Below, one piece after another: positions 30,022 through 39,681 of a DNA stretch of 64,000 bases. Position numbers and translations under genes: made by a program. Under the pieces are notes generated by a model that had not been told where the DNA came from, searched no databases, and saw only the letters and a list, made by a program, of their open reading frames with translations. Source of the stretch: Pseudomonadota bacterium (GTDB taxonomy: Bacteria; Pseudomonadota; Gammaproteobacteria; Burkholderiales; Burkholderiaceae_C); NCBI GenBank assembly GCA_040384625.1, contig JAZKIW010000113.1:591-64590 (forward strand), in the 5' to 3' direction. The stretch's first letter is position 1; each line of letters opens with the position of its first letter.

Positions 30022-30597
30022 CTAGCCGCCCGCGCCCGCCAGGACCGCAAGGCCGATGAGGGCGAACACCGCCGCCGCGATGCGGTGCACCCAGGCGATC
30101 GGCATGAAGCGTACCGCCCTTTCGCCCAGGAGCACCGCGGGCACGTTGGCGATCATCATGCCCAGCGTGGTGCCTGAGGTGACCGTGAGCAGGGCGTCGT
30201 AGCGCGCGGCGAGCATCACGGTGGCGATCTGGGTCTTGTCGCCCATCTCGGCCAGGAAGAAGGCCATGGCCGTGATGCCGAAGATGCCGAGCCGGCTGCG
30301 GCGCTGGTCTTCACCCACCGCTTGGGCATGGTCAGGCACTAGCATCCACAGTGATACCGCGATGAAGGACAGGCCCAGACCCCAGCGTAGCGCCTGCGGA
30401 TCGAGCAGGCGCGTCAGCCAGGTGCCCAGCGCCGCAGCCAGCGCGTGGTTGAGCAGGGTGGCCACCAGGATGCCCAGGATGATCGGCCGCGGCGCGCGGT
30501 AGCGCGCGGCCAGCAGCAGGGCCAGCAACTGGGTCTTGTCGCCGATCTCGCCGAGAGCGACGACGCCGGTGCTGACGGCGAAGGCTTCGAAAGTCAC
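30022..30597 (-). CDS. UPF0016 / GDT1 (TMEM165) family cation transporter
   Basis: Duplicated E-x-GDKT motifs: EIGDKTQLLALLLAARY and EMGDKTQIATVMLAARY. Confidence 0.85.
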   Translation of the reverse strand: MTFEAFAVSTGVVALGEIGDKTQLLALLLAARYRAPRPIILGILVATLLNHALAAALGTWLTRLLDPQALRWGLGLSFIAVSLWMLVPDHAQAVGEDQRRSRLGIFGITAMAFFLAEMGDKTQIATVMLAARYDALLTVTSGTTLGMMIANVPAVLLGERAVRFMPIAWVHRIAAAVFALIGLAVLAGAGG

Positions 30598-30664
30598 AAG
30601 GCCTCCGAGGCGCCGCGCGCCGCCCCCCCGAGGGGGTGTTCGCGCTCGGGGCGGCCCAGCGCAC

Positions 30665-31450
30665 TCAAACGGTGTAGTTCAAGGTCATGCGCCCGCCGTC
30701 GACGAGCAGCGTGTCGCCGGTCATGTAGCTGGCCGCGTCGCTGAGCAGGAAGGCCACGACACCGGCGATCTCGTCGGGCTCGCCCAGGCGCTTCATCGGC
30801 GTGCGGCTCATGATGCGGGCCTTGGCTTCTTCGCTCGTCAGCACCGCCCTGGCGGCGAGCTCGGTGGCGATGGTGCCGGGCGCGACGCCATTGACGCGGA
30901 TGCCGTGCTCGGCCAGCGCCAGTGCCATCACGCGCGTGAGCTGGTCGATGCCGCCCTTGCTGGCGTTGTAGCTGGCGATGCTGGCGATGGTGAGGCGAGC
31001 GTTGACCGAGCTCATGTTGACGATGGCGCCGCCGCCACACTGCGCCACCAGTTGCCGCGCCACCGCCTGGCCGACCAGGAAGTGGCCCTTCAGGTTGACG
31101 TCGATCACGGCGTCCCAGTCGGCTTCGCCGATGTCGAGGAAGGGCCCGGCCCTGAAGATGCCGGCGTTGTTGACCAGGCCGTCGACGCGGCCGAAGGCGG
31201 CCAGCGTGGCGGCGAGCGCCGCATCGACATCGGCCTTGCTCGCCACATTGCAATGCTGGTAGACGGCCAGCACACCGTCGGCCGCCAGCGCGGTGGCCAG
31301 CGCCTGGCCGTGCACGTCGTCGACGTCCCACAGCGCGACGGCCGCTCCGTCGGCCGCCAGCCGGCGCACACAGGCTTCGCCGATGCCCTGCGCGGCGCCG
31401 GTGACCACGAACACGCGGCCCTCGAGGCCGAACCCGATCTGCTTGCTCAT
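30665..31450 (-). CDS. SDR family oxidoreductase
   Basis: Start at M151 of ORF 30665..31900 (MSKQIGFGLEGRVFVVTGAAQGIGEA), with YNASK. ATGA overlap with the upstream MBL gene. Confidence 0.85.
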   Translation of the reverse strand: MSKQIGFGLEGRVFVVTGAAQGIGEACVRRLAADGAAVALWDVDDVHGQALATALAADGVLAVYQHCNVASKADVDAALAATLAAFGRVDGLVNNAGIFRAGPFLDIGEADWDAVIDVNLKGHFLVGQAVARQLVAQCGGGAIVNMSSVNARLTIASIASYNASKGGIDQLTRVMALALAEHGIRVNGVAPGTIATELAARAVLTSEEAKARIMSRTPMKRLGEPDEIAGVVAFLLSDAASYMTGDTLLVDGGRMTLNYTV

Positions 31451-32418
31451 TCCTTCTTGCCTTTCTCGAGCCACACGCCCATGCCCTGTGCATTGAGCTC
31501 GATGTCCATCGCCAGCAGGGCGAGTTTTTCCGGCACGTGTTCGACGCCGTGCGCAGCCAGGCTTGATGCGTACAGCGCCGCCAGCCCGCGCTTCAGCGCA
31601 TCGTGCCGTTGGGGCGCATGGCGCTCGCGCTCGGCCAGGGCGACCATGGCGGAGAGCATCGAAAGCACCCGATCGGCCGCGCGAGGCACCTCGGTCAGGC
31701 CGCTGTAGTGCGTGACGTACATGCGGACTGGCGCGAACGACAGCAAGCGCAGCACCGAATCGCGCAGGGCCGGCGGGTCGAACTGCACCGGCACGGTGTT
31801 GGGGAACATCCAGGCGCCCTGAGCCGTGTCGAACTCGCGGTACGAAGAGCCGAAGGTGTCGCCGCTGAACCAGCCGCGGGTAATTGGATCCCACACGCAA
31901 TGGTGGTGGCGCGCGTGGCCGGGGGTGTCGATCAGGTGCAGCACACGGTCGCCACCGAGCGCTAGGTCCATGCCGTCGTGGCTGAGGCGCACGCGGGACT
32001 TGTCGACAGCGACCAGGCGGCCGTAGGAGCGCGCCATCTCCTCCGCGCCGTAGACCGCGAGCGCGCCTTCATGCAGCGCGGTCGGGTCGATCATGTGCTT
32101 TGCGCCGCGCGGGTGTACGAGCATCGTCGCGCTCGGCAGTTCGCGCATCAACAGGCCGGCGCCTCCGGCGTGGTCGAGGTGCACGTGCGTCGGGATCACC
32201 CAGTCCACCGCGTCGCGCGCTAGGCCCAGGGCCGCCAGAGCGGCTAAGTGGCGCGGCACGGCGTGGTTGGTGCCGGTGTCGATGAAGGCCGCACGACCGT
32301 TGTGAACGACGAGGTAGGCAGCATCGAAGCGTGGGCGCTGGAAGCCGGTGTCGATGGCGAAGACGCCGCCGCCCAGATCGTCGACGAAGCCGGGCAAGGC
32401 AGCAGGACGGGTGGTCAT
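31447..32418 (-). CDS. MBL-fold metallo-hydrolase
   Basis: Start at M41 of the track ORF. HVHLDHAGG metal-binding motif. Confidence 0.8.
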   Translation of the reverse strand: MTTRPAALPGFVDDLGGGVFAIDTGFQRPRFDAAYLVVHNGRAAFIDTGTNHAVPRHLAALAALGLARDAVDWVIPTHVHLDHAGGAGLLMRELPSATMLVHPRGAKHMIDPTALHEGALAVYGAEEMARSYGRLVAVDKSRVRLSHDGMDLALGGDRVLHLIDTPGHARHHHCVWDPITRGWFSGDTFGSSYREFDTAQGAWMFPNTVPVQFDPPALRDSVLRLLSFAPVRMYVTHYSGLTEVPRAADRVLSMLSAMVALAERERHAPQRHDALKRGLAALYASSLAAHGVEHVPEKLALLAMDIELNAQGMGVWLEKGKKE

Positions 32419-32633
32419 GGCGATGATTCTAGGCAGCGCACTGGCGGCGTCGGGTGCGACCCATGCGGCGTCTGCTCGCGGCGCCTGGTGCCGGTCTCGG
32501 GAACGGCCTATGCGCAACGTGACCTTCACGTCCTCCATCGAAACGATGGCGCCAGAGGACTCATCGGGACCACGTCGCCGGATGTCAGCGCGCGGGGGGC
32601 ACTCGCCCGCGATGCCTCAGAACGGCAAGTGTT

Positions 32634-33848
32634 TCAACTCTGCTGCTGTACCAACACCGCATACAGCTTCGCGACGTCGGCCGTGCCGTCGTTGCCGGTC
32701 ACGCTGCGCAGCATCTGCAGGCCCTTGGCGCGCGTTTTGGGTGCTTGCGCGAGGGCCAGCGCCAGGCGCAGCTTGGCGTCGTCGGGGCGCTTCAGGTTGC
32801 CCTTGGCGATGCCCTTCTCGATCAGGTCCACGGCCTTGTCGGCCTGGCCCATCGAGGCGTAGACGGTGCCGACCTTGACCAGGTCGTTGCCTTCCTTCTG
32901 AGTCGAGGCTTCCGTGGCAGCTTGCGCGATCTCGGCGGCGCTTTCGGCCTGCTGCTTGAGCACCAGGTCCTTCAGGCGCTGGTGACGTGCGGCCTGGTCT
33001 CCGGTGCCCAGGGCGCCTGCGGCGTAGCCCTTGTCGACGATCGACTTGGCCTCGACCGGCAGACCGGCCTGCAGCGAGAGCTGGGCCATTTCCATGAAGT
33101 CCTCGGTCTTGGTGATCAGGCCGTTGGCGAGCTTCAGGCGCATCACGTCCAGGCCCAAGCGGTCGGCGAAGCCGGGCTTGCGCTGGATCGAGGCCAGGTG
33201 GGCGGTCCAGTAGTCCTTCTTGGCGTAATACAGCACCAGCCGCTCCAGAGCATGCGAGTAGGCGCCGTTGTTGCCCAGGCGCTTGGCGGCATCGGCCAGG
33301 CGCAGCAGGTCGTCTTCGCTGGGGCGGCGGCCGGCCTGTTCAGCGGCGCTCACCTGGGCCTGCGCGTCCTTGAAGATCTGAGAGTAGTCACCGCTTTGAG
33401 ACTGCAGGTAAGCGGCCAATTGGTTCAGCGAGGCGCTGTTGCCGCCGGCAGCGCGCGCCTTGCCGATCCACTCCGAGGCTTTGGCATTGTTCTTCTGCTG
33501 AGAGTAGGCATAGGCTAGCGATTCGGCGATCTGTGCCTGTTCGCCGGCGGCCAGGCGCCCGGAAGCCATGGCCGACTCGAAGGCTGCGATGGCGGCGCCG
33601 CTGTCACCTGCGCGCTGGGCGGCGGCGCCCTTCATGCGGTCGATCATCAACTGCTCAGCGGGGTTCTTGCCGCCCACGGCATCGGCCTCGCGCGCCTTGG
33701 CCAGCGCTTCGCGGGCCTTGCCGCCCTTGAGCAATTCGCTCGCTTGCTGGAGCGGCCTGCCCACCTCGGGGCGGATGCCCTGCGCCAAGGCGCTGCTCAC
33801 CAGGCCAGCAGCCAGCAGGGCGGTGGTCAAGAGGCGGATCGATTTCAT
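32634..33848 (-). CDS. Secreted tetratricopeptide-repeat protein (last gene of the TonB-ExbBD cluster)
   Basis: Start at M21 (MKSIRLLTTALLAAGLVSSALA signal peptide), followed by Ala-rich TPR-like helical repeats. Confidence 0.7.
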   Translation of the reverse strand: MKSIRLLTTALLAAGLVSSALAQGIRPEVGRPLQQASELLKGGKAREALAKAREADAVGGKNPAEQLMIDRMKGAAAQRAGDSGAAIAAFESAMASGRLAAGEQAQIAESLAYAYSQQKNNAKASEWIGKARAAGGNSASLNQLAAYLQSQSGDYSQIFKDAQAQVSAAEQAGRRPSEDDLLRLADAAKRLGNNGAYSHALERLVLYYAKKDYWTAHLASIQRKPGFADRLGLDVMRLKLANGLITKTEDFMEMAQLSLQAGLPVEAKSIVDKGYAAGALGTGDQAARHQRLKDLVLKQQAESAAEIAQAATEASTQKEGNDLVKVGTVYASMGQADKAVDLIEKGIAKGNLKRPDDAKLRLALALAQAPKTRAKGLQMLRSVTGNDGTADVAKLYAVLVQQQS

Positions 33849-33950
33849 GGGCTTGCTTTCGCGTGCGGTGATGGGAATGAAATACGGGGACCGGCCGCTT
33901 GCCGGCAACGATCCCCGCGTGGCTGCCGTTGACGCCGGCGTCTCAGCGCA

Positions 33951-34373
33951 TCAGTTCATGAACTGTTCGTTACCGACGAGCCCGATCTTGGTCACGCCCA
34001 GACGCTGGGCGTTGGCCATCACGGCGGCGACGTACTTGTAGGTCACCAGCTTGTTGGGGCGCAAGTGCACTTCCTGCTGGTCGGGCTCGGCGGCCACTGC
34101 GGCCAGCTTTCCTTGCAACTCGCCCATGGTCACTGCCACGCCGTTCCAGCCGATTGTTCCGTCGAAGTCGACGTCCACGCGGATCGGCGGGCGCGGCTCC
34201 TTGGGCTGGGCATTGTTCGGGATCGGCATGTTCATCTTGACTGCATGTGTCTGGATCGGGATGGTGATGATGAACAGGATCAACAACACCAGCATGACGT
34301 CGATCAGCGGCGTCATGTTCATCTCGATCATCGGGGCGTCTTCACCGCCGCTGCCACCTACTTGCATCGACAT
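33951..34373 (-). CDS. exbD: ExbD/TolR biopolymer transport protein
   Basis: MNMTPLIDVMLVLLILFII. Confidence 0.9.
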   Translation of the reverse strand: MSMQVGGSGGEDAPMIEMNMTPLIDVMLVLLILFIITIPIQTHAVKMNMPIPNNAQPKEPRPPIRVDVDFDGTIGWNGVAVTMGELQGKLAAVAAEPDQQEVHLRPNKLVTYKYVAAVMANAQRLGVTKIGLVGNEQFMN

Positions 34374-34385
34374 CTTGTTTGCTCC

Positions 34386-34823
34386 CTAGCGCGACACCAC
34401 GCCCGGCGGCGGTTCAGTGATAAAGCCGACTTTGAGGATGCCCGCACGCTGGCAGGCCACGACCACGCGGCCAACCGATTCGTAGCGGACTTCGCCGTCG
34501 CCGCGGATGTGCACTTCAGGTTGCGGTTCCTTGACGGCCTCGAGCTTGAGCCGTGTGACCAAAGTCTCGATGTCGGGCAGGCGCTGCATACCCCAGTGCA
34601 CCTCCCCATCGCGATTGACGGCGATGACGATGTTCTCGGGCTTGGTCTGCGTCGGAACATTGCGCTCCTTAGGCAGTTCGAGCTTGATGCTCTGCGTGAC
34701 CACCGGAACGGTGATCATGAAGATGATCAGCAGCACCAGCATCACGTCCACCAGGGGCGTGGTGTTGATGGTGGAGTTCATCTCCTCTTCGTCGCCGTCT
34801 TCCGACGCTACGTTCATCGACAT
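34386..34823 (-). CDS. exbD: ExbD/TolR biopolymer transport protein
   Basis: INTTPLVDVMLVLLIIFMIT. Confidence 0.9.
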   Translation of the reverse strand: MSMNVASEDGDEEEMNSTINTTPLVDVMLVLLIIFMITVPVVTQSIKLELPKERNVPTQTKPENIVIAVNRDGEVHWGMQRLPDIETLVTRLKLEAVKEPQPEVHIRGDGEVRYESVGRVVVACQRAGILKVGFITEPPPGVVSR

Positions 34824-34857
34824 CGACTGTCTCCTCGCTGATCGTTGCGTTGAACGG

Positions 34858-35703
34858 TCAGCGCTTCCCGGCCAGCAGCACGTTGTGCACGTCGCCCGAG
34901 AAGGCGCGCACGCGCTCCATCGCGCTCTTGTTGCGACGGATCAGCCAGTTGTAGCCCATCACCGCGGGCACCGCGACGGCCAGGCCGATCGCGGTCATGA
35001 TCAGGGCTTCGCCGACTGGCCCCGCCACCTTGTCGATCGAGGCCTGGCCCGAGATGCCGATGCTGGTCAGCGCGTGGAGGATGCCCCAGACAGTGCCGAA
35101 CAGGCCGACAAACGGCGCCGTGGAGCCGACGGTCGCCAGGAAGGCCAGGCCATCCTGCAGGCGGCTGTTGATGTTGTCGACGGAGCGCTGGATGCTCATG
35201 CCGATCCAGGTGTGCTTGTCGATCGTGTCGACGAGCGAGCCCTCATGGTGTTCGCTCGCCTTGAGCCCGCTCTCGGCAATGAAGCGGAAGGCACTGCCTT
35301 CGTCCAAGCCCTCGGCACCCTTCCTGATCGAGCCCGCGGCCCAGAAGCTGTCGCCGGCGTGCTTGGCACTGCGCATCAGCTTGCTCTGCTCGAACAGCTT
35401 GGTGAAGATGACGTACCAACTCCCCATCGACATGATGATCATGATGATCAGCGTGGTGCGGGTGATGATGTCGCCTTCCCTCCACATCGCTTCGATGCCG
35501 TAGGGGTTGTCGACGGTCTCTTTGCTCACCGTGGGTGCCGGCGCTGGCGTGGCTGAAGGAGCCGCCACAGGGGCCGGCGCCGCTGCCTCCGCTGCTGGAG
35601 CCGAGGCCTGGGCCAGGGCGGTCATCGGCAGGCTCGAGGCCAGCGTGGCCAGTGCTATCAATGCGGCAGCAAGGGGCGCGCGGGCAAGATGGATCAAAGA
35701 CAT
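34858..35703 (-). CDS. exbB: MotA/TolQ/ExbB proton channel protein with N-terminal signal and Ala/Pro-rich extension
   Basis: Start at M22 of the track ORF. TVGSTAPFVGLFGTVWGILHAL. N-terminus MSLIHLARAPLAAALIALATLASSLPMTALA is followed by an AP-rich linker. Confidence 0.85.
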   Translation of the reverse strand: MSLIHLARAPLAAALIALATLASSLPMTALAQASAPAAEAAAPAPVAAPSATPAPAPTVSKETVDNPYGIEAMWREGDIITRTTLIIMIIMSMGSWYVIFTKLFEQSKLMRSAKHAGDSFWAAGSIRKGAEGLDEGSAFRFIAESGLKASEHHEGSLVDTIDKHTWIGMSIQRSVDNINSRLQDGLAFLATVGSTAPFVGLFGTVWGILHALTSIGISGQASIDKVAGPVGEALIMTAIGLAVAVPAVMGYNWLIRRNKSAMERVRAFSGDVHNVLLAGKR

Positions 35704-35788
35704 GGTTCCTCCAGAGAACAAACGCGCGTAATGGCTGAGGCCGCGCTGGTACCGAACTACGATCAACGGCAGGGGCGGGCGCCCAAGC

Positions 35789-36460
35789 TCAATTTGTCAA
35801 TTTCCAAACGTACTCGACGTCAGCAAACGCGCCGACGGCTTTGCCGTTTTCATCTCGGCCGGGCCGGAACTTGCATTCACTCAACCCGCTCACGGCCGCC
35901 CGATCGAGCGTCTTGTGCGCACGTGATGGACCAGCTGATCTGAGCACTTCGGCGCCGATCATCTTGCCGGCCGCATCAATGGTGAATCGAATCTTGGTTG
36001 TCCCCGTCGCCTCTTCCTTCAAGGCGGCAGCGGGGTAGTCGGGCTTGCAGTCGCTGACGCTAGTGATTGCAGCGACCGCTGCCACTCGCGCCGGCGCGGG
36101 CGCGGGCGGTGCCTCTGGTGCCACCGGGGCAATCGCCACGGGCGCCGGCGGCGGCGCCACGGGCGTGACGGTGATCGTCGGGGCCGGTGTCGGCGGCGGG
36201 TTCACCACGACTTCCGGTGGCGGCACGAAGCTCGGCGGCGGCGGCGCGAACTTCGGCGGCGGCGGCAGGTTTTCGGGCGGCGGCGGCGGGGGCTTGATCT
36301 CTTCGATGATCTTGGTCTCGATCGGACCCTTGATCACTTCGATCACGGTCCGCGCAAGGCCATTGATCAGCGCCCAGCCCAGCAGGATGTGCATCACGAT
36401 CACGATGCCGATCCCGATCGCGTGTTTGCCGGGATTGCGTTGTTGCTCGGCGTAGTTCAA
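35789..36460 (-). CDS. tonB: Energy transducer TonB
   Basis: Pro-rich spacer (KPPPPPPENLPPPPKFAPPPP) and TonB C-terminal domain. Proposed TTG start at residue 33 of the track ORF, 7 nt downstream of GGAGGA, giving (M)NYAEQQRNPGKH. Confidence 0.85.
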   Translation of the reverse strand: MNYAEQQRNPGKHAIGIGIVIVMHILLGWALINGLARTVIEVIKGPIETKIIEEIKPPPPPPENLPPPPKFAPPPPSFVPPPEVVVNPPPTPAPTITVTPVAPPPAPVAIAPVAPEAPPAPAPARVAAVAAITSVSDCKPDYPAAALKEEATGTTKIRFTIDAAGKMIGAEVLRSAGPSRAHKTLDRAAVSGLSECKFRPGRDENGKAVGAFADVEYVWKLTN

Positions 36461-36675
36461 ACCACTGTCCTCCAGACGTCCGAGGTTTCCGGGCGCTGCT
36501 TGTGCAAACCAACAGCCTTGTGGGCTGGTGCAACGGCAAGCGTTGCAGGATGTCAATCGGTGACCTGCACCGCGAAGGGCGTGAATATATCGCCAAAGTG
36601 CACGGGTCCGACTCGGGGCATCACCTTAATGGTGTCGCCCCACGCTCGTCGTGCTGACGAACTGTCGGACATCGT

Positions 36676-36751
<76 letters not shown>

Positions 36752-36856
36752 ACGACAGGGCAGAATTCTAGCAGTCGGCTTGGTGTCTTCCGTTCGGACG
36801 CAAGGCCGCGCACGCGCTCGATGCCACTGATGACAGACAGAAAACTGGGACCGAAC

Positions 36857-37702
36857 ATGCAAGACCCTGACTGGCTAGACTCGCAGTACGACAACCGACG
36901 CCGAGTACCTGAATTCGCACAGCACCTGTCGCGCTGGCGCGAAGCTTCGCTGCACGCCCGCGGCGGCCTCCGTTGCCACCTCGACATACCCTACAGCGCC
37001 GACGGTCGCCTGGCCCTGGACGTATTTCCGGCAGCGCAGCCGCGCGCCCCGGTGCTGATGTTCATTCACGGCGGCTACTGGCGCTCGCTGAACAAGTCCG
37101 ATTTCTCGTTCGTCGCCACGCCGTTCGTGGCCGCCGGGTCGATGGTGGTCGTGCCCGAATATTCGCTGTGCCCGGCCGTCACGGTCGACGCCATTGCGCT
37201 GCAAATGGCTCATGCGCTGGCCTGGGTGCACATGCATGCCGCGCAGTATGGCGGCGACGCATCGCATTGCGTGGTGGCGGGGCACTCGGCCGGGGGCCAT
37301 CTGGCGGCGATGCTGCTCACTTGCGACGGCCGACGCGTTTCGCGTGAGCTGCCGACGCAACTGCTGCGAAGTGCCGTGTCGATATCGGGCTTGTACGACC
37401 TGGCGCCGATTGCCGCCACGCCCTACCTGCAGGTCGATCTGCGTCTGACCCCCGAGGTCGTCGCACGCACCAGTCCGGCCAATTTTGCGGCTCCGAGCGG
37501 CGCGCGCCTGGCCAGTGTGGTCGGTGCGCTCGAGAGCGAAGAGTTCCGCCGCCACAACCGCCTGATCCGCGACCGATGGGGATCCCGGGTGGTGCCGATC
37601 TGCGAGGAGCTTGCCGGTCGCAACCACTTCACCGCACTCGACGAGCTTGTCGAGCCTCAGACAAGGCTGCAGCAGTGCGTTCTGCAGTGGCTCGCCGATT
37701 GA
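36857..37702 (+). CDS. Alpha/beta hydrolase (esterase / arylformamidase-like)
   Basis: HGGYW oxyanion motif and GHSAGGHL nucleophile elbow. Start at M157 of the track ORF; 36821 or 36830 are also possible. Confidence 0.75.
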   Translation: MQDPDWLDSQYDNRRRVPEFAQHLSRWREASLHARGGLRCHLDIPYSADGRLALDVFPAAQPRAPVLMFIHGGYWRSLNKSDFSFVATPFVAAGSMVVVPEYSLCPAVTVDAIALQMAHALAWVHMHAAQYGGDASHCVVAGHSAGGHLAAMLLTCDGRRVSRELPTQLLRSAVSISGLYDLAPIAATPYLQVDLRLTPEVVARTSPANFAAPSGARLASVVGALESEEFRRHNRLIRDRWGSRVVPICEELAGRNHFTALDELVEPQTRLQQCVLQWLAD

Positions 37703-37745
37703 GTGCGGTCATGCGCCGACCTGCGCTATGATCATTACACGAAAG

Positions 37746-37771
37746 ATAGTTTATTGCTATTGATCGGATAG
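37746..37771. promoter_or_regulatory. OxyR-type (LysR-family) operator-like motif ATAG-N7-CTAT-N7-ATAG
   Basis: gATAGtttattgCTATtgatcggATAGc, about 75-100 nt upstream of the rubrerythrin ATG in an A/T-rich tract. A further CTAT lies at 37726-37729. Confidence 0.45.
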
Positions 37772-37846
37772 CGCCATTGCATTGGCGGACCCCCTGTCAG
37801 TGAGATACCGTTTGCAGCACGCCGATTGCCAACACAGGAGAGCGAC

Positions 37847-38266
37847 ATGGGCTTGAAGGGATCGAAAACCGAGCAGAACCTGAAGGACGCCTTCGCGGGT
37901 GAGTCGCAGGCCAATCGCCGGTACCTGTACTTCGCGAACAAGGCCGACATCGAGGGCCAGAACGACGTTGCGGCGCTGTTCCGATCCACTGCAGAAGGAG
38001 AAACCGGCCACGCGCACGGCCACCTGGAGTTCTTGGAAACGGTGGGCGACCCGGCCACCGGCCTGCCGATCGGCAGCAGCCGCTTGAACCTGAAGGCTGC
38101 TGTGGCCGGCGAGACGCACGAGTACACCGACATGTACCCCGGCATGGCCAAGACCGCGCGCGACGAGAGCTTCGATGAGATCGCCGACTGGTTCGAGACC
38201 CTGGCCAAGGCCGAGCGCTCGCACGCCAATCGCTACCAGAAGGCGCTCGACGCCCTGGTGGACTGA
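37847..38266 (+). CDS. Rubrerythrin family protein (ferritin-like di-iron domain only, no rubredoxin domain)
   Basis: ATG at residue 8, preceded by [27 protein letters not shown] and [11 protein letters not shown] (ExxH di-iron motifs). Confidence 0.9.
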   Translation: MGLKGSKTEQNLKDAFAGESQANRRYLYFANKADIEGQNDVAALFRSTAEGETGHAHGHLEFLETVGDPATGLPIGSSRLNLKAAVAGETHEYTDMYPGMAKTARDESFDEIADWFETLAKAERSHANRYQKALDALVD

Positions 38267-38286
38267 GGCTTTCCTAACCTCCTGAG

Positions 38287-38311
38287 CAAGGGGCTGCGTG
38301 CCCCTTGTTTT
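38287..38311 (+). terminator. Rho-independent terminator/attenuator after the rubrerythrin gene
   Basis: CAAGGGGC-tgcgt-GCCCCTTG (8-bp perfect stem) followed by TTTT. Confidence 0.75.
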
Positions 38312-38327
38312 CCATCTGGCGGAGCAT

Positions 38328-39674
38328 ATGCGCGAAGGCAATCTCGAGGCACCGACAAGGCACCCGATCGACTGGAAGAATCCGGCTTTCCATGACGAAA
38401 CCGCGGCCCTCAAGGAGATGGAGCGGGTGTTCGACATCTGTCATGGTTGCCGGCGCTGCGTCAGCTTGTGCCAGAGCTTTCCCAACCTGTTCGACCTGGT
38501 GGACGCCACCGAAGACGGCGAAGTCCACGGTGTGAAGAAGGAGGACTACTGGAAGGTCGTCGACCAGTGCTACCTGTGCGACCTGTGCTACATGACGAAG
38601 TGTCCGTACACGCCTCCGCATCCTTGGAACCTCGACTTCCCGCATCTGATGCTGCGGGCCAAGGCGATCAAGTTCAAGAAGGGCTCGGTGGGCGCCGGCG
38701 AGCAGTTCCTGGCCTCGACCGATGTGCACGGCAGCTTCGCCGGCATCCCGGTGATCGTGCAGACGGTCAACGCGGTGAACCGGACCAAGCTGGCGCGCAA
38801 GGCGATGGATAAGGCGCTCGGCGTGCACCCCGAAGCCTGGATGCCCGAGCTGGCGACGCAGCGCTTTCGCTGGGGCGCCAGCAAGCAAGGCAAGGCGACG
38901 GTCGTCAACAATGGCCAGCGCACACCTGGGCGAGTGGCGATCTTCTCCACCTGCTATGTCAACTACAACGAGCCTGGCATCGGGCACGACTTGGTCAAAC
39001 TGCTGGAGCACAACGACATTCCGTATGTGATCGTCGAGAAGGAATCGTGCTGCGGCATGCCTAAGCTCGAATTGGGCGATCTCGACTCGGTGGCGCGCCA
39101 CAAGGAGGCCAACATGCCGACGTTGGCGCGCTACGCCAAGGACGGCTTCGCGATCGTCAGCGCCGTGCCGAGCTGCACCCTCATGTTCAAGCAGGAACTT
39201 CCGCTGATGTTCCCGGAATGCGCCGACACACAGGCGGTGAAGGAGGCGATGTTCGATCCCTTCGAATACCTCATCGCGCGCCACAAGGACGGGCTGTTGA
39301 AGACGGATTTCAAGGCCGCGTTGGGCAAGGTCAGTTACCACATTCCTTGTCATGGCCGGGTGCAGAACATTGGCAAGAAGACGGAGGAAATGTTCAAGCT
39401 GGTCGGCAGCAAGGTCGAGGTGACGCTGAACACCATCGAGCGCTGCTCGGGCCACGCCGGTACCTATGGAGTGAAGACGCTGACGCACCCGATGGCGATG
39501 AAGATCGGCAAGCCGGTGTTCAAGGCGATGGCCAGGGACGAACCCGACTTCATCAGCAGCGACTGCGCGCTGGCCGGCCACCACATCGCGCAGGGCATGG
39601 CCCTGGCCGGCACGCCTGCGAAGGCGCTCCGGCACCCGCTGACCCTGGTGCGCATGGCCTATGGATTGGAGTGA
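38328..39674 (+). CDS. (Fe-S)-binding protein with two 4Fe-4S motifs and CCG domains (GlpC/HdrD-like)
   Basis: CHGCRRCVSLCQSFP, CYLCDLCYMTKCPY, CCGMP. I start at ATG 38328 because the track start GTG 38298 lies inside the terminator stem. Confidence 0.8.
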   Translation: MREGNLEAPTRHPIDWKNPAFHDETAALKEMERVFDICHGCRRCVSLCQSFPNLFDLVDATEDGEVHGVKKEDYWKVVDQCYLCDLCYMTKCPYTPPHPWNLDFPHLMLRAKAIKFKKGSVGAGEQFLASTDVHGSFAGIPVIVQTVNAVNRTKLARKAMDKALGVHPEAWMPELATQRFRWGASKQGKATVVNNGQRTPGRVAIFSTCYVNYNEPGIGHDLVKLLEHNDIPYVIVEKESCCGMPKLELGDLDSVARHKEANMPTLARYAKDGFAIVSAVPSCTLMFKQELPLMFPECADTQAVKEAMFDPFEYLIARHKDGLLKTDFKAALGKVSYHIPCHGRVQNIGKKTEEMFKLVGSKVEVTLNTIERCSGHAGTYGVKTLTHPMAMKIGKPVFKAMARDEPDFISSDCALAGHHIAQGMALAGTPAKALRHPLTLVRMAYGLE

Positions 39675-39681
39675 ACGCCGC

